Assembly: GCA_000004695.1 (NCBI GenBank)
Contig: CM000155.2
Span: 2,720,001 to 2,784,000, forward strand
DNA from: Dictyostelium discoideum
Taxonomy: Eukaryota
Reading direction: 5' to 3'
DNA: 64,000 bases
Part shown: positions 1 to 10,975 of the stretch, piece by piece
Layout of the letters: every line of letters begins with the position of its first letter
Position numbering within the stretch: the stretch's first letter is position 1
Notes under the pieces: generated by a model
Told to the model about the DNA's origin: nothing
Database searches by the model: none
What the model saw: only the letters and a program-made list of their open reading frames with translations
Translations under genes and position numbers: made by a program

Positions 1-315
1 ACCTTCATAGTGATTGGGATTCGATCGCACAAGTGAATTTGGACAATCCATGTTTTTACCTGCAAATCCATTTTCAATGAATCTTGATCTTGATAGACTA
101 TCGATTGACTCTACTCTACATTCTTTGGTTGGACATTCTTTGGTTGTTCTAAATATTTCAATCCAACAATTTTTGCATGCCCAACTACCATTTTTGCATT
201 GATAGACTTCAGAGACCTTATCAAAGTCATAAATTAATATTTTGCATTTTGGACATGAAAAATTCTCACCTGGGTTGGTTTTTGTAAATAAAAAATGAAA
301 TATGTTAACATCCAT
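1..315 (-). CDS. Partial CDS (N-terminal part; continues beyond the window start). Cys/His-rich zinc-finger protein of TRAF/B-box type.
   Basis: Minus-strand ATG at 313-315, open to position 1. Translation reads [79 protein letters not shown]... Regular Cys spacing suggests a zinc finger. The frame is not in the ORF track because it runs off the window. Confidence 0.4.
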
Positions 316-658
316 ATTATTAATAAAATGATAAAGATATAAATGTTAATGCTATTAATTAATATAAAAATATAAAAATAAAATAAAAAAAAATAGAAAA
401 TAATAATAAAAAAAAAAAGAGGATAAAAAAAAAAAATAAAAAAAAATAAAAAAAAATAAAAGTATTTATGTTTATAAAATTTAATTACCATTTTTATTTT
501 TTTAATAAAGGCTTGAAAATTTAAGGGTTATAGAGGTAAATTATTAAAGAAAATTATTATTAAAACTTAAACTTTTTTTTTTTTTTATTACATTTTGAGC
601 TTCAAAAAATTTTCACAACTTATTTTTTTCAAAAAAAAAAAATAAATAAAATTTAATC

Positions 659-689
<31 letters not shown>

Positions 690-801
690 TAAAAAAAAAA
701 TTTAATCAGGATATGGTTTAAGTTATATAAACAAACAAGATTTTTTGATTCGTCTCATCAAAGGCTCATCACCATCTTAAAGGATGCAAGTGTATGGTCT
801 G

Positions 802-840
<39 letters not shown>

Positions 841-1105
841 AAAAATTTAAGAGATAACCACCTTAATTTTTTTATTTTTTAAAATTCAGTTATTTTTTCT
901 AGTATTTGGCTCATTGTGTTTTGCTCTTTGTTTTATTATTTTATATTTTAAATTATTAGATTTTTTTTCCACACAAAAAAAAAAAAAAAAAAAAAAAAAA
1001 ACTTAATTTTATATTGAAATTCAGTAATTAAAATGGTCGACCAATATATATTTTATATTTTATTTGTTTGTTTATTTTTTATATGTTTGCTTGTTTTATT
1101 TATTT

Positions 1106-2663
1106 TTAATCATTTAAAAAAGTTAAGACTGGGGATTGATAGGGTTGATTATTTCCTTTTGGTGTTATAAAATGTTTGAAGGTATCAGTTTTAATGATTG
1201 TAGCAACAGTGGATGGTATTGAATTTGGGGATTTAAAAGGTAATTTTATATCACACAAATAAAGATTTTGTACAGAGGGAGGAATGATATCTTGGCTAAT
1301 TGGTTCAGAGAATCCATCATGAAGAAATAAATCAGTTACACCATTTGGAATTGAGCCAACTAATAAAGGTGTTTTGATGGTGCAAATATGAAGATGAGTT
1401 ATTGTGGGTGCCAAAAATCCTGGTTCCAAAGGTTGATTAAATCCATCTAATAATAAACAGTGTTTTACATTGGCTGGTATATAGGCACCACCTTCAATAA
1501 TTTTTATATTACTATTTGATGGAATAGCTAAATGAGTGATCTCAGTTGAGATGATACCATTATTTTCATCCTTATTATAATAGGTGAAAACTTTATCACC
1601 AAATTGAACTCTTTTTGGTTTTTTAGCAAAATTGATAGATTTAGAATGAATGATAAATATTGATTTCATTAATTCCTTCATTGAATCAATAGATTGTTGA
1701 TTCAATGTAACAGTTGAACTTCTATAATCATCTAATATTTCCTTTCTATAATTATTTGTATCTTCCGATAATAAAATTTTAGATTGTTGATAATCTTTTA
1801 TTAATTCAATGTGCTCATTATTTTCAAACATTTCTCTAATATTATAATTTTTAAAAATAATTTCTGGTTGTTGATCTTCTTGTGGTTGATCTTGTTGGGG
1901 TTGAGGTTGTGGTGGTTGATCTTGAGGTGGTTGATCTTGAGGTGGTTGATCTTGAGGTGGTTGATCTTGAGGTGGTTGATCTTGAGGTGGTTGATCTTGA
2001 GGTGGTTGATCCTGTGGTGGTTGATCTTGAGGTGGTTGATCTTGAGGTGGTTGATCTTGTGGTGGTTGATCTTGAGGAATTTGCTCCTGTTGCTGTTGTT
2101 GTTGTTGTTCTTGTTCTTGTTGTAGTTGTTGTTGTTTTTGTTTTTCTTGTTCTTGCTCTTGCTCTAGTTGTAATTGTCTTTGTCTTTGTTTTTGTAATTT
2201 TAAGATTAAATCTTCTTCAACTTTATGGCTTTTAATTATTTGATCAGTTAAATTATTATTTCTTTCAACATTAAAAGATATTTGTTTGTTAATATCTTGA
2301 TTTTGATCGAAAATTGTAAGTAACTGATCAATACCATCATTTAAAATTGTATCGAGTAAAGTTTGTATTGGATTAATTACACCTTGTAATAATTTAACAT
2401 TTGTTTCATGTTCATCTCCAATCTTTTTAAAATCTAAATTGGATTGTTTTAATAATACTTGATCCGAGTTGTAACATTCGTTTAATTTTGGGAAAAGTTG
2501 ATTCTTAAATTCTTCCAATATTGAATTTGTATTTTCAAATTTAATTTCATCAAATGTATGACCTCTATGTTTTGGTGAAACAACACAAGAATTACAAACT
2601 GGGTCACTTGAACAATCTACACAAAGAAATTTAATTGTTTTATCTTTATGTGTAACACATTTA

Positions 2664-2695
<32 letters not shown>

Positions 2696-2728
2696 TTTAT
2701 TGGCTTTAAATAATTTATTGGAAATCAT
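1106..2728 (-). CDS. B-box-type zinc finger, coiled-coil, PQDQP-repeat and FNIP-repeat protein (540 aa).
   Basis: N-terminal CVDCSSDPVCNSCVVSPKHRGHTF (B-box-like C/H pattern). Central Q/E-rich coiled coil and 11x PQDQP. C-terminal FNQPLEPGFLAPTITHL...IPNGVTDLFLHDGFSEPI... matches the Dictyostelium FNIP repeat. Single exon with ATG at 2726-2728. Confidence 0.75.
1866..2075. repeat. Tandem 21-bp repeat, about 10 copies (ggtggttgatcttgaggtggt...), encoding (PQDQP)n on the minus strand.
   Basis: Perfect periodicity is visible in the sequence. It translates to PQDQPPQDQP... within the 1106..2728 CDS. Confidence 0.85.
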
Positions 2729-3068
2729 GATTTAGATTTATTTGTTTTTGTGATAAAAACAAAAATAAAAAAAAAAAAAAATAAAAATAAAAAAAAAAAT
2801 TAAAAAAAAAAAAAAAAAAACTTGCCACAATAAATAAAAACCACTGCCCTTTTCGGTTATGTATTTTTAAGTTTTTGTTTTTTTTAAGTTTTTTAAATTT
2901 TTAAATACAACAAATTTTTACAAAAATAAAAATTTCAGGTGAAAGTACTTATTTACATAAGCACTTTTCAGTTTTGTTTTTTTAAGTTTTTTTTTTTTGT
3001 TTTTATAAATTTTTATAACTAGCACCTATCGATAATACTTATAATATATTTTTTTTTTTATTAAATAG

Positions 3069-5650
3069 TTATTGGTTTTTCGCCAACTTTCTTAATTTTA
3101 ATTGACTAACTTCAACTTTCTTTTTTCTATAAACCAAAAAACCAGATGCACCAATTGCAGCCACACCAACAAATGATGTAACAACTGCAACTGGAATAAT
3201 GTAAGATTTTCTATTGTCATTATCTCCACATAAATCTTTAAAATTTGTAGTTAATAGTAAAGAGAAATCTGAAAATTAAAAAATTAAAAATTAATAATGA
3301 GGAATTTTTTTTTTTATCAGAAAATAAAAAAAAAAAAAAACATACCTGGATCGATTAAACAGTTTTTGCAATGTGGTAAATCCATTCCCATTGTAATGGT
3401 TGATTTACTTTTATCACTTGAAATTATTGAAGTTTTCAAATGAATTGGTCTACCATCAGAGATAACTTTATTTATGAAACGACCATAAAGAACCTTATTA
3501 TCTTTTTTAATTGTTATAAAGTTTAATAGTTGATTTGATGTTGTTTCGATTTCAGTTTCTTTATTATTACATTTATCTTTTTTAATTTCTTTTTCTTCTG
3601 TTTTTGTAACTATTTGTAATTGTAAAGTATTTAATGTACTTGAATATGTATAGTTATAAATAAAAATAGAAATTTTAATTGAATCCTTTTCTAACCTATA
3701 ATTTAAATCAGAGAATGTATAATCTTTTGTTTGATCTATTATTTCTACTTTATAAATTAATTCAACTTGGTTATCATCTAATTTTTGATTAAATAATTGT
3801 ACTGATTTATCAATGTTGGTGGTATCGTTTTTTACTTTTTCCCATTTTTGGTTTATATCATAAATTTTAACTTGTTTACCATTAAAATTTAATTCAATTA
3901 ATTTATCAATGAAAATTTCATAATTATTATAACTATCATCAATTGTTGTTTTACCATTTGTATCTTTTGAATCCACTGTATTATTTGGAGAATTACAATC
4001 TAAACCTTTCCACCATCATTACATCTACATTCACCTGATGATAAACAAACACCTTTACTATTACAATTTTTTAAACAATTATTTTTTATATTTGGATCTT
4101 CATTATCTAAATAGATGAAAAGATCTTTTCCCATCCAAATAATTTGATTTTGTGTGACATTAACATTTTGAATACCTGATTGACCTTGTGGAAGTTCACA
4201 TTTTATAGTTTTATTATCAATTGCTTTTGGATCTTTACAATTTAATTGACCAATGGTAACTGTTAAATCAAAATGAATACCTCCAAACCATCCAAACAAT
4301 GTAACTTCACCACCTAAATGATTTGGAATTGAACAATCTTTACCTATAACTCTATTGTTGGACATTTACAAACACCAATTTCTGCATCACATTTTCCTTG
4401 ATTAAAACATTGAGTTGGGCATATGAAATTACAATTACCAGTTTGATTATTACAATAACCATTATCTTGATAAATATTTTCACATTCAATAAATGGTAAA
4501 GAACAATCATCACCTTGATATCCATTAATACATTGACATTGGTAGGTTGATAAATCACATGTTCCACCATTCAAACAAGAGGTTAAAATACATTTATTTG
4601 AAGAGCAATCTTCACCTTGATATTGATTTAAACAATTACATTCACCTGTAGTATGATCACAAGAGCCACCACTCATACAAGACTTGGGACAATTAATAGA
4701 TAAACAATCATTTCCAAAGTAAATACCAATATATTTACATTCACCTAGAGTTGTATCACAATTACCACCATTTTGGCAATTATTAGTACAGTTAATTGAT
4801 AAACAATCATCGCCAAAGTAATTGCCAATACATTTACATTTGCCTTTAGTAAAATCACAAGTACCTCCATTATGGCAATTATTTGTACAGTTAATTGATA
4901 AACAATCATCCCAAAGTAATTACCAATACATTTACATTCACCTTTTGTCGTATCACAAGTACCACCATTTTGGCAAATTTTTACAATAAATTGATAAACA
5001 ATCATCTCCAAAGTAATTGCCAATACATTTACATTCACCCTTAGTCATATCACATACACCACCATTAAAACAGGTCTTTTGGCATTGAATTTCTGAACAA
5101 TCTTTACCTCTATATTGATTACAACTACAAATTCCTGTTAAATAGTCACATGTTCCACCACCAATTGAAATTGAACAATCATTTATACAATCATAGTGAA
5201 TTGTAGTACAATCAGGTAAACCTGTAAAACCATAATTACATATACAACTTGCATTATTTGTTAAACAATATGAATTTTGACTACATTGATTCTATAAACA
5301 CATTTTAATTGGACTATTGGTTATTCCTATATTAATTGAAAGTTGATTTGTATAAATACCAATTTTAATAATAACCTTTATATTTGATTCATCTTTTAGT
5401 TTTAAGAAATTTGAAATATTACATGAAATTGTTGTAAAAGTTGAATCACCTTGAATAACTGGACAACTATATGATTGACCTATTTTATCGAATAGATTTT
5501 TTTTTTTTTTTTTAGATTTTTGGTAAATAAGAAAAAAATGTTTTTTGTAAATAATAATATAAAAAAAAAAAAAAAAATATTTACACGCTATAAATCCTTT
5601 CTTTTGCTTTTTGAGGGAATTTACCAAGAAAACCTGGCTCCATTGAGCAT
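3069..5650 (-). pseudogene. EGF-like-repeat single-pass transmembrane protein gene whose CDS is broken by at least three frameshifts and one in-frame TAG. Likely a pseudogene unless these are sequence errors.
   Basis: Minus-strand fragments 5292..5627, 4745..5038, 4344..4676, 4000..4365 and 3317..3976 all carry CxCxxGxxGxxC EGF modules. Four near-identical ~96-bp repeats encode NCxNGGTCDxTxGECKCIGNYFGDDCLSI. Frame breaks occur at about 5290 (TAG), 5040, 4700, 4350 and 3990. The 3' end is intact: donor CCAG|GTATG at 3346, a 77-bp intron 3269..3345, and a last exon 3069..3268 encoding a TM helix (IIPVAVVTSFVGVAAIGASGFLVY) followed by RKKK. Confidence 0.5.
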
Positions 5651-5989
5651 TTTGAAAAAATTAGAATAAAAACTTCATCAAAATATAATTTAAAAAAATT
5701 ATTAACAAAATCTGAGGCTTTAATTTGATTTTGTAAAGAACATTCCATAAATCTTTATTTAAAAAAATAAAAATAAAAATTATTAGTTTTTTTTTTTTTT
5801 TTTTTTTAAAATTGGATCGGTTTTTTTTTTAAAATTGGATCGGTTTTTTTTTTTTTTAAAATTGGATGATAAAGCAATTGCTATTTGCTTGTCTTTGTAA
5901 TACTTCTCATTTTATTCTATTAAGTTTCTTTTTAATTGTTTTGGTGCCTAAAAAAATTTTTAGAAAATAATCTTTGAAATATGAATAAG

Positions 5990-6538
5990 ACCTTAATTTT
6001 TTTTTTTTTTAAAAAAATGCACATTTTTTATAGAGTACTACAAAGTGAATCGTTGTGTTTTGAGATGTTGAGAAGTGCTATTGCGTGAAGTGGTGAGTTC
6101 CATTGTCTGCTGAATTGTAATAGTTTTAGCGAGATTAAAGAGCATAGTTTGTTTTGTTCTTGTAAACCTCTATCAAAATATCCGGCAAAAACAAATGGAT
6201 ATTTTGATAGAGGTTTTTTTTTTTTTGAATTGGATAACGCAATTATTATTTGCTTCTCCTTGAGATGCTAGATCTCATTTTATTTTTTTTTTTTTTTTAC
6301 AGGGTCTTTTTGATTAAAACATCTTTTTTGTCCAAACTTTTTTCTAAATCTTTTTTTATTTTATCGTCTGGTTCGTGATTGATGTTTATGACGTATTTGA
6401 ATTGTTTTTTTTTTAATTGAGTTTTATCCACAATTTCGCTTATTTTTTGTAGGCATTTGTGTTGCTTAATATTTGTGGTGTTGTTTGTGATTTTCATTTT
6501 ATTTTCTTTCTATCTTTTTTATTTTTCTGATTAACTTG

Positions 6539-6578
<40 letters not shown>

Positions 6579-8284
6579 TTATAGAAAGTACTGAGTGAAT
6601 TATTGTATTTTTTGAGATGTTTAGGAAGTTCTATTGCGGGTGTTGATGATGATTTGTGACACCCCTTGTCCTGTTTTATCAATTGGTGCGTGGTGTGTTA
6701 TTTTGTTTTTATATTGTTGATTTATTGAGTAAATTTTATTTGTTTTTATATTTGTTTCAGTTAGAAGTGCTGCGTCCAGCTTGTTGTTGTCTAAAACGGT
6801 GTTTATTATGCTGGCAGATTGGATGGTGTTGGATCCTTGGACGTTCCAAACACCTATTCTTATTGTGTTTTTCTTTATAGTTTTATTTGGGGTAGATTTT
6901 TATCTACCTTTTGAAGTTTCTGGTTTATTTTGTCTTCTAACTGATCTTTACTTTGTTCATTGTGTTGTTGGTCTTGTGTGTTTGTGGGGTTTTTTGATTT
7001 ATTGATTTGTTTTAGAATTTCCTTGTTGAAGTTGTCTATATCTTCATCCATTTTTGTTTTTATGCTTTTTTGTCCATATTCACCCAATTTTGGTTTGACT
7101 GGTGTTTTGTTGGTCTTGTTTGTTTTGTCTTGTTGTTTCTTTTTTGGTGTGTTTAACAATTTACTTGGTGAATCGATAATTTTCGATGGTGTACCATAGG
7201 TTGGGCTGAAACTCATGATATGTTTTATTGGAGAGGAGAAGAACCATTGATTTGAAGGGATTGAAAGTGGGAATTCTATTTTTCTTATTGCATCAGTGTT
7301 TGGGCTGGTGAAGTCGAAGATATCATTTGCCTCTCTAAGTTTTTCTTCCGTTGTTAGTCCCTTTGTTTCGCCGTGTTGTTTTATTGGTGTATTGTATGGA
7401 GATGGTGGTTCGATAGGTTTTTCTGATTTTGTTTTAATTTCTTGATTGTTTATCGATTGTGTATTGATCTCATTCTCTATTCTTGTTAGTTCATCTACGT
7501 TTTCTAGTGATGCTTCTATTACCTTTTGAGCTGTATCATCTAGGGCCATAAATGTTTTATCATTAGATGAGGATGTGATTGGTGGGATAATGATTGTTCT
7601 TTTTCCTTGTTTTGGTATTTGTTCTGATGTAGATTGTGGTTGTTGTTCATCTGATTGTTTTTTATTTTTGTTTTCTTCTTGATTTTCTGGTAATGAGGTT
7701 TGATCTCTCCATCCTTTGTTGGAGTGTCCAATTAATGTTAGATTGTCTAGTTCAATGATAGTGTCAAATTCTTCTACGACTCTTTTCACTGTTTTGATAA
7801 TTAGAGTTTCGCCTTTAATTTCTGATTTAATTAGTTTACATCCTTCATTTTNTATTACCCNNTCTATTTCTGTGAGTGATTTATACCNATCAAAATCTGN
7901 ANACANATTTTTTGGTCTTANAGTGGNTANAAANTGTCCNTTTAATTNTGCNTCNAACATATTTNCNAAATAGATTNCTGNACTAANACNGTCTGTGAGA
8001 ATTTTGAANGTANTATTACTTTTGATTAAAACATCTTTTTTGTCCAAACTTTTTTCTAAATCTTTTTTTATTTTATCGTCTGGTTCGTGATTGATGTTTA
8101 TGACGTATTTGAATTGTTTTTTTTTTAATTGAGTTTTATCCACAATTTCGCTTATTTTTTGTAGGCATTTGTGTTGCTTAATATTTGTGGTGTTGTTTGT
8201 GATTTTCATTTTATTTTCTTTCTATCTTTTTTATTTTTCTTTAAAAAGTTAAAAATCTGGAAATTTTCTAATTAACTTGGTTCC

Positions 8285-8334
<50 letters not shown>

Positions 8335-8407
8335 TCTTTTTTATATGAAAAATGAAATAATCAAAAAAAGAGATTGTTGTTGTTGTTTGTTTTTTCTTTG
8401 ATAGAGG
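5990..8407 (-). mobile_element. TRE5-A-like (DRE) non-LTR retrotransposon, internally deleted (TRE5-A.2-like), 5' end facing tRNA-Leu. It also includes an extra 3' fragment.
   Basis: On the minus strand the order is: A-module-like fragment (8331-8407, similar to the 47.5-48.35 kb tandem units), oligo(A), ~270-bp B-module-like block (8020-8290) containing the ORF1 ATG, ORF1 (6875..8209), then a second B-like block (6300-6540, direct repeat of 8020-8250). A C-module-like end follows (rc 6230-6300: ...tctcaaggagaagcaaataataattgcgttatccaattc(A)n), also seen at 11041-11090, 50585-50650 and 52630-52680. A further ORF2-C-terminus-like piece lies at 6060-6110 (ggaactcaccacttcacgcaatagcac, compare 10842-10868) with oligo(A) at 5995-6010. 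The element ends about 35-48 bp from tRNA-Leu. Ambiguous n bases at 7850-8010 indicate low read quality. Confidence 0.6.
6875..8209 (-). CDS. TRE5-A-like ORF1 protein (444 aa, Gag-like), containing ambiguous bases.
   Basis: Long minus-strand ORF whose start lies inside the duplicated B-like module. The same N-terminal 63 aa (MKITNNTTNIKQHKCLQKISEIVDKTQLKKKQF...) reappears at 6297..6497. Its size matches the roughly 51 kDa ORF1 reported for TRE5-A. Confidence 0.55.
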   Translation of the reverse strand: MKITNNTTNIKQHKCLQKISEIVDKTQLKKKQFKYVININHEPDDKIKKDLEKSLDKKDVLIKSNXXFKILTDXXSXXIYXXNMXXAXLXGXFXXTXRPKNXXXDFDXYKSLTEIXXVIXNEGCKLIKSEIKGETLIIKTVKRVVEEFDTIIELDNLTLIGHSNKGWRDQTSLPENQEENKNKKQSDEQQPQSTSEQIPKQGKRTIIIPPITSSSNDKTFMALDDTAQKVIEASLENVDELTRIENEINTQSINNQEIKTKSEKPIEPPSPYNTPIKQHGETKGLTTEEKLREANDIFDFTSPNTDAIRKIEFPLSIPSNQWFFSSPIKHIMSFSPTYGTPSKIIDSPSKLLNTPKKKQQDKTNKTNKTPVKPKLGEYGQKSIKTKMDEDIDNFNKEILKQINKSKNPTNTQDQQHNEQSKDQLEDKINQKLQKVDKNLPQIKL

Positions 8408-8441
8408 TTTAATTACATTTTAATAATTAAGTTTCAAAAAA

Positions 8442-8523
8442 GTAAGCTTGCCCGAGCTGGTCTAAGGGGTTGCATTAAGGCTGCAATATCATTGATACAA
8501 GGGTTCGAATCCCTTAGCTTACA
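8442..8523 (+). tRNA. tRNA-Leu (anticodon AAG), class II with a long variable arm.
   Basis: Acceptor GTAAGCT/AGCTTAC. D-arm CCCGAGCTGGTCTAAGGGG. Anticodon stem TTGCA/TGCAA with loop TTAAGGC. Variable arm ATATCATTGATAC. T-arm AAGGG-TTCGAAT-CCCTT. Discriminator A. Confidence 0.85.
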
Positions 8524-8552
8524 AAATATTTATTTCAATTGGTTGAGTCAAG

Positions 8553-8563
8553 GGTTCGATTCC
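8553..8563 (+). promoter_or_regulatory. External B-box (exB, GGTTCGATTCC) about 30 bp downstream of tRNA-Leu.
   Basis: A B-box-like consensus lies outside the tRNA body. Such extra B boxes are a known feature of many Dictyostelium tRNA genes. Confidence 0.5.
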
Positions 8564-9049
8564 AGAATAGATTAACAACAAATCACAAAGATTACTATAT
8601 TTCAACCTCAGCCTTCCCAAAATATTTAAAATTCTAATATAGAAATAGAATCTATTTATAATATTTCTAATATAAAAAAAATAAAAAAAAGATTATCAAT
8701 TTTTTATTATTATTTAAAAAAAAAAAATTTTGACCAATATATTTCTCATTTTATAAAAAATTATTTGAAATTTTGTAATATAATCCGACTCTTCATTATT
8801 AATTAAATTTCATAATCGGTCGGTCTCCGACCTGGTTTTAAACCTCGGAAATTTTAAAAAATAAAAATTCGAAAAAGATTAAGTAATGGAAAAAGTTTTG
8901 TTTGTTTTTTTTTTTTTTTTATTTATAAAACACCATTTTGATTTTTTTTTATTAAATTTTAATTTTTTTTTTTTTTTTTTTATCATTTAAAGTTATTTTA
9001 GGTTTAAAAAAATTAGAGTTAAAAATTGTATTATATTATTTTTTATTAG

Positions 9050-9962
9050 TTGCTTATTTTTTAATAATGCCAAATCACAAGATCAATCACCAATCACATT
9101 AATAGTAAATCCAAATATTAATAATACTTATATTATTGGTGAAAAATGTGGTATTAAAGAGAGCCTTGTTAATTTATATCAATTTAATTGTTCAATTTCC
9201 CCACTGGAAGTTGGAGGAGAAATCATTTTAAATGGTAACATTAATCCATTATCTCCTTACCAAACAAAGATTCAAATATTACAAACAAACAATTCAACAT
9301 CAGTATTAATTAGTATTGTTATTGGTGACTTTACATTATCAAATTCAATTATTTCAAATATTACAAATGAATATAATGGATATCCTTCAACCAACTATTT
9401 AATTTATACAGATAGAATAAATTTTACATTGAATAATGTTAATATTTTCGATATTGGATCTAGTATTGAAACAGTAATACAATCTGAAAATAGTATTCTT
9501 AGTATAACAAATTGTTTATTCAACATTCTTACCACTGTACTTGGTGCAATATCTGGTGGTAGTTGTAATGTAATAATCAAGAATTCAGTTTTCACTTCTT
9601 TATCATCATCATCTGGACCAAGTGTATTGAATTATCTCACAAGTACAGAAAATGTTGAAATAACACTTATAATGAAAAATTGTCAAGTTTATAATTGTTA
9701 TTCTCAATCAAATGGTGGAGTTTTATTTATGTCAAATTATTTTAATTCAAAAAATGTTCCAAATTTGATTATTGAAAATTCTGTCTTAAAGAATAATAAT
9801 GGTTCAAAGGGTGGAGTACTCTATAGTTCAAAGTATCCATTAATTATTAACAATTGTACTTTTGATTCAAATGTTGCAGGACTTGGTAGTATTTTATATG
9901 TTTCAGGAGGATCAATAACAGTTACAAATTCTACAATTATTAATGTAATTAATCCAACAAAA
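9050..9962 (+). CDS. Partial CDS: secreted right-handed beta-helix (PbH1/pectin-lyase-like) repeat protein. The 5' exon and the 3' end are unresolved.
   Basis: The frame is open from 8991. A hydrophobic signal-like segment (IILFFISCLFFNNAKSQ) follows a probable acceptor tttttattag at 9049. Repeats such as GGSCNVIIKNSVFTSL, NCQVYNCYSQSNGGVLFMS, IIENSVLKNNNGSKGGVLYSS, NCTFDSNVAGLGSILYVSGGSITVTNSTII are typical of parallel beta-helix repeats. The frame runs into the tRNA-Glu region, so the gene may be truncated by the tRNA/TRE insertions. Confidence 0.4.
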
Positions 9963-10029
9963 AATTTATATCTTTGTTTTCTTTTTTTTTTTTATTTATA
10001 TCTATCGTGTGGTTGGGTGAGTATCGAAC

Positions 10030-10050
10030 CCTTGATTTTATTTTCGGGTA
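10030..10050 (-). promoter_or_regulatory. exB-like B box (rc GGGTTCGATACTCACCCAACC) about 12-30 bp downstream of tRNA-Glu.
   Basis: B-box-like motif immediately 3' of the minus-strand tRNA. Confidence 0.4.
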
Positions 10051-10061
10051 TAAGTAAAAAC

Positions 10062-10133
10062 CTCCCCATTCGGGAATCGAACCCGAGGTACCAGTGTGAA
10101 AGACTAGAGTGTTACCGACTACACCAATGAGGA
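10062..10133 (-). tRNA. tRNA-Glu (anticodon UUC).
   Basis: On the reverse complement: TCCTCAT TG GTGT AGTCGGTA ACAC T CTAGT CTTTCAC ACTGG TACC TCGGG TTCGATT CCCGA ATGGGGA G. Anticodon loop CTTTCAC gives TTC. Confidence 0.8.
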
Positions 10134-10235
10134 ATTGGATGAAAATTTTTTTCAATAGCGATGATATTAGGTGTAAAAATAACCCCATTACGAAGTTCTC
10201 CCCAACCTCAAAACAATATACAATGATCTCATGAA

Positions 10236-10923
10236 AAACCAATATCTAAATTACGATTCTTTCAACCCAACTCCGGGTCAGACCCAAATCATGAAAGAAA
10301 TTAAAAAAACAACTCTCCCTTTTCTAGAAATCAGGAAAATAGTCAACTTGAAAGGAAGAGACCTCCTCTGGAGATTAGCTCTTAAAGCTCTTCCAAAGAT
10401 CCACAACGCCCCTTGCATCTGGTGTAACGAACAGGAAACCTCAGAACACATCTTCTTCAAATGCAAATCACACATTAAAGAAACTCAAGAGTGCATCAAC
10501 TACATTCAAGAAAAATCTGGAGGATCCAGAATCAATTGGGGAATAGAAATCTTCAACAGACTAGACATTCCATTAACAGCCAACGCCATAGCCATTATTT
10601 GCGAAAACATCTGGAGAAGAAGAAACAAGAAAATCCGGATAACACTAGGAATAACACTCAAAAACTTAAGAAAACAACTACTAGTACACGAACTAAAGAA
10701 AACTCAAACAGCAGCCTGGGAAAGAACAAAAAACAACATATACAAACTAATCAGACAAGAAAAAAAAGCAACCAACAACGAACAAATAAAAAAATTCAAA
10801 AACATCATCTCCCTACAACTCGAAAGATTTAGCAAACACTGGAACTCACCACTTCACGCAATAGCACTACCATCAAACCTCAACAAATATATTACGTCAC
10901 TAAACACACTCTACACCCCCCAA

Positions 10924-10975
<52 letters not shown>

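Noticed and set aside
234-491. 85-aa minus ORF rich in F/I/Y
   Set aside because: Translation of an AT-rich oligo(A)/(T) spacer. It overlaps the true start region of the 1..315 CDS in another frame.
8528-8590. Second partial tRNA right after tRNA-Leu (gggttcgattcc)
   Set aside because: Only a B-box-like 11-mer is present, with no D-arm or anticodon arm or acceptor pairing. It is interpreted as an exB box rather than a tRNA fragment.
8818-8835. GC-rich hairpin ggtcgg-tct-ccgacc as a possible small ncRNA
   Set aside because: A single 6-bp stem with no recognisable snRNA, snoRNA or class I RNA motifs. The evidence is insufficient.
9429-10130. Track ORF start M at 9429 (and other track starts, e.g. 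5627 and 42408)
   Set aside because: The codon is TTG. The track evidently allows alternative start codons, so track starts were not taken as real initiation sites unless an ATG and context supported them.
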